A stretch of 64,000 nucleotides of DNA from Desulfuromonadales bacterium (GTDB taxonomy: Bacteria > Desulfobacterota > Desulfuromonadia > Desulfuromonadales > UBA2197), in the NCBI GenBank assembly GCA_014859605.1, contig JACUTW010000002.1, forward strand, positions 17,711-81,710. Direction: 5' to 3'. Both the position numbers and the translations under genes were made by a program. Of this stretch, positions 10,298 to 19,473 are shown piece by piece; position 1 is the stretch's first letter, and each line of letters opens with the position of its first letter. The notes under the pieces are model-generated. The model was not told where the DNA came from. It saw nothing but the letters and a program-made list of their open reading frames with translations, and ran no database searches.

Positions 10298-10684
10298 ATG
10301 AAAAAGACCGCTATCCTGCTGATGGCGCACGGCAGCCGTATTGCCGAAGCCAACAAAGCTGCTTACGAAATTGCCGCAATGATCCGCGCCGCCAGTGAAT
10401 TCGAGATTGTCGAAGTCGCTTTTCGCGAAATGCACCCCCCGGATATCCAGAGTGCTATCGACCGCTGCGTTACTCAGGGGGCTGAGCGCATCCTGCTGAT
10501 GCCTTACTTCCTCTTTGTTGGTGCCCATGTGCGGGAAGACCTCCCCGCTGAGATGACCCTGGCGCAGCAGCGCTATCCTCATGTCGAATTTGCCATGGGG
10601 AATCATCTCGGTGCGCATCGCAAGCTTGCCGAGATCGTCATCGAGCGGATTGCCGAAGGGCTGACCGTTCACGGGTGGCAGTGA
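10298..10684 (+). CDS. cbiX: sirohydrochlorin cobaltochelatase, small CbiX type
   Basis: 128 aa. MKKTAILLMAHGSR and LLMPYFLFVGAHV are typical of CbiX(S). Followed directly by cbiC and cbiD. Confidence 0.75.
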   Translation: MKKTAILLMAHGSRIAEANKAAYEIAAMIRAASEFEIVEVAFREMHPPDIQSAIDRCVTQGAERILLMPYFLFVGAHVREDLPAEMTLAQQRYPHVEFAMGNHLGAHRKLAEIVIERIAEGLTVHGWQ

Positions 10685-11328
10685 TGTCGGTGCATCTGCG
10701 CCCGGAAGAGATCGAAGCCGAATCGTTCCGCATCATCGACAGCGAGGCCGGGGCGCATGGCTGGTCAGCAGCGGAATGGCCGATTGTCCGGCGCGCCGTT
10801 CACACCAGTGCTGATTTCGATTATGTGCGCGACCTGGTCATTGCCCCGACGGCGCTGGCCAAGGGGATCACTGCCCTGCGCCGCGGCCGGACGATCGTCA
10901 CCGATACACGCATGGCCAAGGCCGGAATCACCGCGGCGCGGCTCGACCCTTTCGGCATCGAGGTGCGCTGTCTGGTCGATGATCCGGTCGTCGCCAAGAG
11001 TGCCAAACGCCTCGGCGTCACCCGCTCGCTGCTGGCGATGCGGACCGCGGTACAAGTGGAAGATGCCGGCATCTTCGTCATCGGCAATGCTCCGACGGCG
11101 CTCTTTGAGCTGCTGCGGCTGATTCGCGAGGAGGGGGTGCGTCCCGACCTCATCGTCGGCCTGCCGGTCGGCTTTGTCGGTGCGGCCGAAAGTAAAGCCG
11201 AACTCCTGGCGATGGCGGCGGACTATCAGCTGCCGATGATTACCAATCGCGGGCGCAAGGGGGGGTCGAATGTCGCCGCCGCCGTCGTCAATGCCCTCCT
11301 CATCCTTGCTGCCGGAAGCGGGGATTGA
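10684..11328 (+). CDS. cbiC: cobalt-precorrin-8 methylmutase
   Basis: FRIIDSEAG, VHTSADFDY and VIGNAPTAL blocks. ATG 10684 overlaps the cbiX stop (TGATG). The table start 10675 is a GTG alternative. Confidence 0.85.
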   Translation: MSVHLRPEEIEAESFRIIDSEAGAHGWSAAEWPIVRRAVHTSADFDYVRDLVIAPTALAKGITALRRGRTIVTDTRMAKAGITAARLDPFGIEVRCLVDDPVVAKSAKRLGVTRSLLAMRTAVQVEDAGIFVIGNAPTALFELLRLIREEGVRPDLIVGLPVGFVGAAESKAELLAMAADYQLPMITNRGRKGGSNVAAAVVNALLILAAGSGD

Positions 11329-12428
11329 TGGCGGGCCAGGGGGCGCGGCATGGTTACACCACCGGCGCCTGTGCCGCCGCCGCGGCCAAGGGGGCAGCGC
11401 TGTTGCTGCAAGGGCAGGCAGCGGTTGCCGCGGTTGAGATTCTCCTCCCCGCGGGTGAGCGCGTCACCTTCCCTTTGCACGCTCAGAGCTTCGATCCGGA
11501 GCAGGCCCGCTGTTTTGTCATAAAAGATGCCGGCGACGACCCCGATGTCACCAACGGTTGCGAGGTCTGGGCAACGGTTCAGCGCCTTAGCGGTGCCGAG
11601 ATCCTCATCACGGGCGGTGTCGGCATCGGCCGGGTGACCAAGCCGGGACTCGCCGTGCCGATGGGACAATGGGCGATCAATCCGGTGCCGCAGGCGATGA
11701 TCACTGCCGCCCTGCGCGAGGTCTTCCCCGCTGGCGGCGTGCAGGTCGAGATCAGTATCCCCGATGGCGCCGAGCGGGCGCAGCGCACCCTCAATGCCCG
11801 GCTCGGGATCCTCGGCGGGCTCTCCATCCTCGGAACCACCGGCATCGTCAAGCCGATTTCGCATCAGGCCTGGACCGATACCCTGGAAGCGGCCCTTGAT
11901 GTTGCCTGCGCCTGCGGTCAGCGTACCGTCGTCCTTTCGACGGGGCGGACGAGCGAAATGGTGGTGCAGCGCGCCCTTGCCGCCGCCGGGATCCGCCTCG
12001 GCGAAGAAGCCTTCATCATGATGGGCGATCACGTCGGCTATGCCCTGCGCGCCTGTGCCCGCCGCAATATTACCAGGATCATCCTCGCCGGGCAGTTTGC
12101 CAAACTCCTCAAGATCGCCTGCTGCCATGAACAGACCCATGTCAGCGCCTCCCGCCTCGATCTGCAGGAAGTCACCTCCTGGCTGCGGGCAGAGAATTTT
12201 CCGCCAGCAACGATTGCCTTAGCGGCGCAAGCCAATACCGCCCGCCATCTTCTGGCGGATTCTGGTGCCGCCGCCCCGGCACTCTGCGCGTTGATCTCTA
12301 CCCGGGCGCAAAAATTTGCCCAATCCTTTGCTCCGGCGGTGGAGATACAGGTTTTCCTGGCAGGATATGACGGTGAAGTGCTATATTTTTCCCCTACGGA
12401 CCAACTCCAGTCGAGGATAACGGTATAA
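11325..12428 (+). CDS. cbiD: cobalt-precorrin-5B (C1)-methyltransferase
   Basis: N-terminal GYTTGACAAAAAKGAALLL, GGVGIGRVTKPGL, LGTTGIVKP. 367 aa. 4-nt overlap with cbiC. Confidence 0.85.
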   Translation: MMAGQGARHGYTTGACAAAAAKGAALLLQGQAAVAAVEILLPAGERVTFPLHAQSFDPEQARCFVIKDAGDDPDVTNGCEVWATVQRLSGAEILITGGVGIGRVTKPGLAVPMGQWAINPVPQAMITAALREVFPAGGVQVEISIPDGAERAQRTLNARLGILGGLSILGTTGIVKPISHQAWTDTLEAALDVACACGQRTVVLSTGRTSEMVVQRALAAAGIRLGEEAFIMMGDHVGYALRACARRNITRIILAGQFAKLLKIACCHEQTHVSASRLDLQEVTSWLRAENFPPATIALAAQANTARHLLADSGAAAPALCALISTRAQKFAQSFAPAVEIQVFLAGYDGEVLYFSPTDQLQSRITV

Positions 12429-12435
12429 CTCTACT

Positions 12436-13830
12436 ATGACGACACGCGCGATCGGCATCGATTTCGACGGCACTACCTTGCGGGCGGTCGTCCTGCAACT
12501 GGAGAAAGGGAACGAGCGGGTTCTGCAAACCGTCCGCATCCCCTGGGACGGGAGTGCGCCGCTGACGCCCCTTTTGGCGGGAGCGGGGGTGATTCCGGCT
12601 GTCGGTGATCGGGTGACCACAGCGCTGCCGCCGGCCATCGGCTTGACCCGCACTCTGACCTTCCCCTTCAGCGACCGTCGCAAAGTCGCCATTGCTCTCC
12701 CCCTCGAACTCGCCGCTCTTTTGCCGATCCCCCTTGATGATTGTGTGATCGCCCAACAGGAAACGATTGCTCTGGACAATGGCATCAGCGTCGTTGCCGC
12801 CGCAGTGCCGGCGACCGCGGTGGCGCAGCTGGTCGGCCCCTATGATGCCGCCGGCATCCCCCTGCAAACCGTCGATCTCCTCCCCTTTGCCCTGGCTGCC
12901 GGCCTGGCGGCGGAGCTCGGGGACGGGATCGCCCTCTGTCTCAGCCACGGCTGGGGGACGATCCTCCATCTTGTTGCCGGCCGCTTGCACGATTATCGCG
13001 TTATCCCTTTGCCCGCGGATCGCCCCCCGGAAGAACGCGCTGCCGGGTTGCAGCGGGAATTGACGCCGCTGTTGCACGCCAGTCGCAGCACCACCCTGCG
13101 CCTCTTTGGTGCCGAGGTCGATGCTGCCCTCCTTCTCGCCCTGCAGAGTGCTTATCCGCAATTGGCGGTCACAGAGTTGCTGGCAGGGCGGGGGGGCGGA
13201 ACTCTTGCCGGAGAATTCCTGCCGGCCCTGGCTCTCGCCCGCCGCGGGGCACGGAGTCCGGATAATGGCTTCAACTTCCGGCGTGGCGCCTTTTCCCGGC
13301 ATGGGGAGAGCGCGGCGCTGCGATCCCGTCTGCTCCTTCTCGGCGGGATTGTGGCCGCTGCGGTTCTGATCCTTTCGGCTTCGGCGGGAGTCCGCTGGTG
13401 GAGCAAGGCGCAAGGGGCGGAGGCGCTCAAGCAGGAGTTGGCCACTCTCTATCGCCAGGCGATTCCCGGCTCGGGGGCGATTGTCGATGTCACCCTGCAA
13501 CTCAAGGCCCACCTCAACGAACTGACGCGCAGCAGCCGTCCGGGCGGGCAACATCCCTTGCTGCGTCCGGCCGGGATCATGCGCGAAGTTGCCAATCTAT
13601 TGCCGCGGGAGATTCCGGTGACGCTGCGCGACTGGAATATCAGCGCGGAAGAGATCCGGATCGAAGCCCATGCCCCGTCCTTTGAAGCTGCTGACAAGAT
13701 TGCCGCCGCTCTGAGCGCATCCCCCCTCTTCAAGGCGGTGCAGGTGACAGATGCCAAGAGCAGCGCCGATAACAGTCGGGTCGACTTTCGTTTAACCCTG
13801 ACCAGCAAAGCGGCGGAGGAGTTGCCATGA
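12436..13830 (+). CDS. GspL-like type II secretion/type IV pilus platform protein (PilM-like actin-fold N-domain + TM + PilN-like C-domain)
   Basis: N-terminal AIGIDFDGTTLRAVVL (actin-like ATPase fold start). One TM (LLLLGGIVAAAVLILSA). C-terminal PilN/GspL periplasmic-type region. Followed by GspM/N-like genes with 4-nt overlaps. Confidence 0.55.
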   Translation: MTTRAIGIDFDGTTLRAVVLQLEKGNERVLQTVRIPWDGSAPLTPLLAGAGVIPAVGDRVTTALPPAIGLTRTLTFPFSDRRKVAIALPLELAALLPIPLDDCVIAQQETIALDNGISVVAAAVPATAVAQLVGPYDAAGIPLQTVDLLPFALAAGLAAELGDGIALCLSHGWGTILHLVAGRLHDYRVIPLPADRPPEERAAGLQRELTPLLHASRSTTLRLFGAEVDAALLLALQSAYPQLAVTELLAGRGGGTLAGEFLPALALARRGARSPDNGFNFRRGAFSRHGESAALRSRLLLLGGIVAAAVLILSASAGVRWWSKAQGAEALKQELATLYRQAIPGSGAIVDVTLQLKAHLNELTRSSRPGGQHPLLRPAGIMREVANLLPREIPVTLRDWNISAEEIRIEAHAPSFEAADKIAAALSASPLFKAVQVTDAKSSADNSRVDFRLTLTSKAAEELP

Positions 13831-14354
13831 TACAGCGTCTCACGCCCCGGGAAAAACTGGCTGTCGCCGTCGCCGGCGCTGTCGTCTCTCTGACCATCCT
13901 TGTCGCTGGGATTATTCTTCCTTATCGCACCGCCCTGGAGCGTCTTGACCAGCGCATTGCCAGTCGCCAGGGGCAACTCCTTGAGGCCCGCACTTTGCTG
14001 CAGCGCATCAAGGCGATGCAGGGGGAAGTTGCGGTGATGCAGCGCAAGTTGAGCGCGGCGCCCGCCGCCCCTCTGGTGGCAACTCTCGAAGGACTGGTTG
14101 CTGAAATTGCCGGCAAGGAGAAGCTCCTCGGCATCCGGCCGCAAGCGGTGACGGCTCCTTCCGGCTTCCGTCAGGAGAAGGTGGAGATGCAGCTCGAAAG
14201 AGTGCGTCTCGAACAGTTGGTGCAGCTTCTCCACGCGATCGACAGCGCCAAAAGCGTGATGCAGAGTGACAGTCTCAAGATGCGCCCCCGCTTTGAAGAT
14301 CCCGCCCTCCTCGACGTCACCCTCGTCGTCTCTTCCTTTGTCAGGGGATCGTGA
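13827..14354 (+). CDS. GspM/PilO-like bitopic membrane protein
   Basis: 175 aa. N-terminal TM, coiled region, then a ferredoxin-like C-domain pattern. Position directly after the GspL-like gene. Confidence 0.45.
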   Translation: MIQRLTPREKLAVAVAGAVVSLTILVAGIILPYRTALERLDQRIASRQGQLLEARTLLQRIKAMQGEVAVMQRKLSAAPAAPLVATLEGLVAEIAGKEKLLGIRPQAVTAPSGFRQEKVEMQLERVRLEQLVQLLHAIDSAKSVMQSDSLKMRPRFEDPALLDVTLVVSSFVRGS

Positions 14355-15205
14355 TGCAGAAATTGCGTAATTCTCCCTGGGCTCTGGCGGCAGCGGGTTT
14401 ACTTGTGACCCTCCTCGCTTTCCTTGTCGGCTTCACCTTCTTCTTTCCGGCCGAGAGCTTGCGGCCGCGTCTGGAAGCGGAAGCGGCAAAACAGGGGCTG
14501 CGCCTGACGATCAAATCGCTGCAAACCACGTTCCCTCCCGGTTTGATCGCTAAAGAGGTCATGATGAGTGGTATTGCCGCGGAGAGTGTCGGCGTCAAGC
14601 TGGAGCAGCTCTCCCTGGCGCCGGCCTGGTCGCGGCTGCTGATCGGGAAAGCTGCGATCGCTTACGACGCTGCTCTTCTCGGGGGGCGGATCAAGGGGGT
14701 GCTGCAGCGCCCCGGACCTGTGACCCTGCAAGGGACGGGGATTAACTGGCACAGCGCTCTCCCCGGTCTCAGTGGCGGTGCACTGGTCGTGCAGGGCTGT
14801 CGGGGTGATCTCAGGGCGTTCTGGCCGGCGCAGGCGGAAGACGCCACCCTTCTGTCCCTCGACTGCGAGCAGGCAAGGATCGAAGGTCTGTTCGGTGCGA
14901 AAGAGCCCTTGCTCCTCGGCAGTCTGACCGTCAAGGGGAGCGGCAAGGGGAAGGATCTGCGCCTGACCACTTTGGCGGCCAGTGGCGGTCAACTCGGTGT
15001 TGACGGCAGCGGCTCCATCCTTCTCAATGAGCCGCTCGGCCGCAGCCTCCTGAATCTTAATCTCACTCTGCGTAGCCTCCCCGGCCTCGATCCGAACCTG
15101 ACCGAGCTCTTGACCGCTTTCATTCCGCCGGCCGTGGACGGCACTTCGCGCATCCGTTTGACCGGCACCCTGGCGGCTCCGCAGCAGAGTAGCGCGAGTC
15201 GTTAG
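14351..15205 (+). CDS. GspN-like type II secretion protein
   Basis: 284 aa. N-terminal TM (ALAAAGLLVTLLAFLVGFTFFF), beta-rich body ending RIRLTGTLAAPQ. Synteny with the L/M-like genes. Confidence 0.4.
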   Translation: MMQKLRNSPWALAAAGLLVTLLAFLVGFTFFFPAESLRPRLEAEAAKQGLRLTIKSLQTTFPPGLIAKEVMMSGIAAESVGVKLEQLSLAPAWSRLLIGKAAIAYDAALLGGRIKGVLQRPGPVTLQGTGINWHSALPGLSGGALVVQGCRGDLRAFWPAQAEDATLLSLDCEQARIEGLFGAKEPLLLGSLTVKGSGKGKDLRLTTLAASGGQLGVDGSGSILLNEPLGRSLLNLNLTLRSLPGLDPNLTELLTAFIPPAVDGTSRIRLTGTLAAPQQSSASR

Positions 15206-15527
15206 ACGGATGTTGATCCACTGTTTGAAATTCTCCCGCCCCCGCAAACCCTCATAACCAAGGTTATAACTATAACATCGCGGATCAGTCGCCAAGTCCC
15301 CATCCCTGGCGCCCTTTGTCGGTGACTGCCTGGGAAGTTATAACTTGCGCCATACCCCTTCTTATTGGAAAGATAAACGTCTTTTTCGTCTTTCTTGCGA
15401 GAAATCAACGGATTAATCCCCGTCCAAACTTTCGGCACTGCTCTTGCTAACGTCGTTCTATATTCTTTGTCGTCAATTTGACGCTGTCAGGCAGCGCCCG
15501 ACAAATCTCTTCAGCAGAGGTAGAACA

Positions 15528-15731
15528 ATGGAATGGATCAGCATTCATGAGCAGCTCCCCAGTGAAGAAGAACGCGTTCTTCTTTATACCCCCGAGAATG
15601 TTTTTGGTGATGATCATGCCTGTGTCGGCACCCGCGCTGCGATCTTGAGCTGTCAACCCCTCTTTACCCACTGGTTGCCGCTTCCCGATGTCCCTTTTGC
15701 CGCGACAGAGCGATGCTGTTTCCGCGACTAA
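15528..15731 (+). CDS. DUF551-like small protein (phage-associated family)
   Basis: MEWISIHEQLP...VLLYTP...THWLPLPDVP matches the W..LP....vthW.PLP pattern of DUF551. AGAGG lies upstream. Lower-GC surroundings. Confidence 0.45.
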   Translation: MEWISIHEQLPSEEERVLLYTPENVFGDDHACVGTRAAILSCQPLFTHWLPLPDVPFAATERCCFRD

Positions 15732-15895
15732 TCGGAGAGAAACAAAAGCGATTCTATTTTTCACTGGACAGTTATTGGTAGATAGTGAATTCTGAAAATC
15801 ATTTGCTACACTGAATGAGGCAACATTCAAGAGCCGCTGACTGCGACTGATGGCAGCCAAGGTCAGCCACCCACCGCAAAGAGGAGGTACAACAC

Positions 15896-16885
15896 ATGAA
15901 AAAAATGATCAGTCTCTTTTCCCTGGCCGCTTTCGCTCTGGCCACCGTTCTGACATCCCCCCTTCCTGCTGATGCCAAAGAGCGACTTGCTTTCTCGGGG
16001 GGACCTGACGGCGGTACGTTCCAGTACTTCTCCAATGCCATTTCCACCCGCCTTTCGCGCAACCTCCCTGATGTCGAAGTCTCCAACATGGTCTCGGCCG
16101 GTTCCGTTGAAAATCTGCGCCGGGTGAATTCTGGCGAAGCCGATTTCGGTGTGGTTTATGCCGGCGACCTTTATCTCGGCTTGAACGGGAAATTGACGAA
16201 CGATCCCAAGGTGTACAAAAATGTCCATTCCCTGTCGTACCTTTACGGCGCTCCGGCTCATCTGGTTGTGCTCGACGGCAGCGGTATTAACAGCGTCAAG
16301 GATCTCGCCGGAAAGCGCGTCGCGGTCGGTCCTGCCGGATCCGGCGCTGCCGCCTCGGCTCAGCGCTTTTTTACTTCGGTCGGTCTCTGGGACAAGATCA
16401 AGGTGGAGTACATCGGTTATAGCCAGGGCGCCTCGGCGATGGGCGACAAGCTCATCGATGCGATGTGGGTCTTTGCCGGCTATCCCAACTCCTCGATCAT
16501 TCAGGCGGCCGCCAGCAACAAGGTCAAGCTCCTCAATCTCGTTGAGGCCGGTAAGGCTTCCGGCTTCTTTACCGAAAATCCGTTTTACGCTGAAGTGACG
16601 ATCCCCGCCGGCACCTACAGCGGTGTCGACAGCCCGACTTTGACCTTCCAGGACTCCACTATCTGGGTCGCTAATAGTAAGCTCAAGGGAAAACTCGTCA
16701 ACAACGCCCTGAAAGATATCTATTCTCCCGAAGGACTGGCCTTCATGGTCAGCGTCACCACCACCGCTAAAGCGATGTCCGTCAAGGACGGCCTGTACGG
16801 TATTGTTACCCCGGTCCACAAAGACGCGATCAAGTTCTGGACGGAAAAAGGGCTGAGCATCACTCCTGCCCAGCAAGGGAAATAA
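15896..16885 (+). CDS. TAXI-family TRAP transporter solute-binding protein
   Basis: Signal peptide. GGPDGGTFQYFSNAIS and SAGSVENLRRVNSGEADFGVVYAGD are typical of the TAXI (immunogenic protein) family. GAGGAGG RBS. Confidence 0.85.
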   Translation: MKKMISLFSLAAFALATVLTSPLPADAKERLAFSGGPDGGTFQYFSNAISTRLSRNLPDVEVSNMVSAGSVENLRRVNSGEADFGVVYAGDLYLGLNGKLTNDPKVYKNVHSLSYLYGAPAHLVVLDGSGINSVKDLAGKRVAVGPAGSGAAASAQRFFTSVGLWDKIKVEYIGYSQGASAMGDKLIDAMWVFAGYPNSSIIQAAASNKVKLLNLVEAGKASGFFTENPFYAEVTIPAGTYSGVDSPTLTFQDSTIWVANSKLKGKLVNNALKDIYSPEGLAFMVSVTTTAKAMSVKDGLYGIVTPVHKDAIKFWTEKGLSITPAQQGK

Positions 16886-16904
16886 CCGGTCAGAGTCATG
16901 ACCA

Positions 16905-16938
16905 CAAAGCGGGGCTTCGGCCCCGCTTTGTTTCTTTT
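16905..16938 (+). terminator. rho-independent terminator/attenuator after the TAXI gene
   Basis: CAAAGCGGGG-cttcgg-CCCCGCTTTG followed by TTTCTTTT. Confidence 0.7.
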
Positions 16939-16992
16939 CCCCTCTCTCGTAACTAAACATCCCTTTCTTTGCATGTGCCACGGAGTCCGGTA

Positions 16993-19473
16993 ATGTCTGA
17001 CGAATTGAAGGATCTGCAGGACCTCGGTCCGGAAGAGAAGAAAAAACTCAAAGAGTTGATGGAAAAAGAATCCAAGTCCTACCGGTCCCCTACAGGTTTC
17101 TGGTCCGGAGTTGCCGCCCTGCTCGGTGTGGCGCTGGTCCTGTTTTACTTTTACGCTGCCGGGGTGGCATCGGTCGGAACCCAGTACCACTTGGGAATCT
17201 ACGTTTTCATCACTTATGTTCTGGTCTTTCTTCTTTACCCGACCCGCAACGCAATCATGCAGGCGGTCCTCGGTTTTTTCATGGGACTGGTCATTTCGTC
17301 GGTCGCGGCGATGTACACTTTTATGTCCGGCACAACCGATTTCTACAACCGCCTGCAGGTCTTTCGCGACGCGTGGTCGGATTACGGTTTTTTTCAAGCC
17401 CTGCCGCAATTAGCCGGTTTTTGGCCGATCCTCCTCGGCGGCGTCATCATTGGCGCTCTGTTGTGGGTCGGGGACAATTTCGTGCAGAAACGCTGGAAGA
17501 ACAGCCCGACGATTTCCGACGCCCTTTTCGCCCTGGCCGCCGGCGGGACGGTCGCTTACTGGATCAGCCAGTTCGAAGCCCTTAACTATCGCGCCGGCGC
17601 CGAAACTGAACTGGACTTTCTGGTCAGTGTTCTTGGTCTGATTATTTCGATGGAGGTTTGCCGCCGGGTGCTGGGGTGGTCGATGACCTTGATCGGGGTG
17701 ATGATGCTCTCCTTTGCCTACTTCGGCCCTTATCTGCCTGAGCTCTTTGCGCATCGCGGCTTCAGTCTTGAGCGGATCAGCACCTCGCTCTTTATTACCA
17801 CCAACGGCGTCTTTGGTGTCATGGCCAACGTTCTCGCCACTTATGTTATTCTCTTCATCTTCTTCGGCGCCTTTCTCCATAAATCTGGGGCCGGCCGCTT
17901 CTTTATCGATCTGCCTCTGGCTCTGGCCGGACGCTCGACCGGCGGGCCGGCCAAAGTCGCGGTCATCGCCTCGGCCCTCTTCGGCTCGGTTTCCGGCAGT
18001 GCCATCGCCAATACCGTCTCGACCGGGGCCTTCACCATCCCTTTGATGAAGCGCGCCGGATTCAAGCCGCACGTCGCCGGCGCTATCGAACCGGCCGCCT
18101 CGATCGGCGGTATGTTCCTGCCGCCGATCATGGGGGCGGGCGGCTTCCTGATGGCCGAACTCACCGGTCTCCCCTACTCCTATATCATGTTGATTTCGGT
18201 GGGGCCGGCGCTCCTGTACTTCTTCTCGGTCTTCTGCATGATCCATTTTGAAGCCAAAAAACTCGACATTAAAGGGATTGATGCCGCCGAATTCCCGCAC
18301 TGGAAAACGGTGCTGAAGAACGATTGGTATTTTGCTCTGCCTTTGGTGCTGATCACCATCTTGATGGTCATGGGTCGCTCCCCCGGTTTCGCCGCTTTCT
18401 GGGCGACGATCTCCTGCATCGTCATCAGCTGGGTGCGCAAGGAAACCCGGATGGGCATCAAGGAGATCTGGGAAGCGATTCAGGCCGGCGCCCGCAATAC
18501 CCTGATTATTGGCGCCACTGTCGGAGTCATCGGCATCATCGTCGGTATCATCTCTCTGACCGGCATGGGTTTGAAGTTCTCCGATATTATTATCTCCATG
18601 GCTGGCGGCAGCCTCTTTATGGCGATCTTCCTCATCGCCCTGGCGTCCCTGGTGCTGGGGATGGGGGTGCCGGTCACCGCCGCCTACCTGATTGTGGCAG
18701 TCCTTGCGGTGCCGGCTCTCGGTGAATTCGGTGTGGCCGCCATCGTTGCCCATCAGATCGTATACTGGCTGAGTCAGGATTCCAACATCACGCCGCCGGT
18801 CTGTGTCGCCGCTTATGCCGGGGCCGCCATCGCCGGATCTGATCCCTGGAAGACCGGCTGGACCTCCTTCAAGTTTGCCAAGCTTCTTTATGTCATGCCC
18901 TTGCTCTTTGCTTTTACTCCTTCTATTCTCTTTCAGGGGAAGATCGTCGAAACGAAGATGCCTGAAATCGAAAGCGGCGCTCCCTTTGCGACCGTCCTGC
19001 GCTTGAATGTGACGCCCGGGCAGGAATTCGTCGACGGGGATATTCTTGCGCTGGTCCAGATCGGTGACCAGGTTCAGGAAATCAGAGCGGAGAAAGGTGC
19101 CACGGTCCTGCAGTTGCAGGCGACCCCCGGCGCCATGGTCAGTCCTGGCGACACGCTGGTGCGGGCAGAGATTGCCGCCACCCCCTTCCGGATCTTCTCT
19201 TCCTTCTTTTCGGCAATTCTCGGCACCATTGCTTTTTCAAGTCTGACCATGGGCTACTGGATCCGGCGCACGTCCATCGTTGAATGGGTGCTGCTCGTTC
19301 CGGCGACAATCCTCCTTTATTGGCCAACAATCTTCACCGATGTCATCGGCATGGCGATTGTGGCCCTGGTCTGGTTCATGCAGAAAAAGAAGAATAAACG
19401 GGATGCAGCGACCGGAATCACCTCTCCCTCGACGGAACCCCCTGTTGCAACTGCGAATGGAGAAAAAGAATGA
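16993..19473 (+). CDS. TRAP transporter fused (4TM/12TM) permease with a soluble barrel-like insert
   Basis: More than 800 aa polytopic protein immediately after the TAXI receptor, with DctQ/DctM-like fused topology. Start preferred at ATG 16993 (MSDELKD); the table start is 16969. Confidence 0.85.
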   Translation: MSDELKDLQDLGPEEKKKLKELMEKESKSYRSPTGFWSGVAALLGVALVLFYFYAAGVASVGTQYHLGIYVFITYVLVFLLYPTRNAIMQAVLGFFMGLVISSVAAMYTFMSGTTDFYNRLQVFRDAWSDYGFFQALPQLAGFWPILLGGVIIGALLWVGDNFVQKRWKNSPTISDALFALAAGGTVAYWISQFEALNYRAGAETELDFLVSVLGLIISMEVCRRVLGWSMTLIGVMMLSFAYFGPYLPELFAHRGFSLERISTSLFITTNGVFGVMANVLATYVILFIFFGAFLHKSGAGRFFIDLPLALAGRSTGGPAKVAVIASALFGSVSGSAIANTVSTGAFTIPLMKRAGFKPHVAGAIEPAASIGGMFLPPIMGAGGFLMAELTGLPYSYIMLISVGPALLYFFSVFCMIHFEAKKLDIKGIDAAEFPHWKTVLKNDWYFALPLVLITILMVMGRSPGFAAFWATISCIVISWVRKETRMGIKEIWEAIQAGARNTLIIGATVGVIGIIVGIISLTGMGLKFSDIIISMAGGSLFMAIFLIALASLVLGMGVPVTAAYLIVAVLAVPALGEFGVAAIVAHQIVYWLSQDSNITPPVCVAAYAGAAIAGSDPWKTGWTSFKFAKLLYVMPLLFAFTPSILFQGKIVETKMPEIESGAPFATVLRLNVTPGQEFVDGDILALVQIGDQVQEIRAEKGATVLQLQATPGAMVSPGDTLVRAEIAATPFRIFSSFFSAILGTIAFSSLTMGYWIRRTSIVEWVLLVPATILLYWPTIFTDVIGMAIVALVWFMQKKKNKRDAATGITSPSTEPPVATANGEKE

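Noticed and set aside
15202-15438. 78-aa minus-strand ORF (MPKVWTGINPLISRKKDEKD...) as a possible integrase or toxin fragment.
   Set aside because: I cannot assign it to any family. The second half is low-complexity and overlaps the gspN-like stop region. Only the locus as a whole is flagged as a relic.
9217-18753. Long antisense ORFs 9217..10356, 11226..12140, 12394..13554, 13449..14234, 14399..15295, 15863..16981, 17410..18753.
   Set aside because: Each lies opposite a well-supported gene (rnd, cbiD, GspL/M/N-like, TAXI receptor, TRAP permease). They have Arg/Gly/Pro/Asp-rich low-complexity composition with no family motifs.
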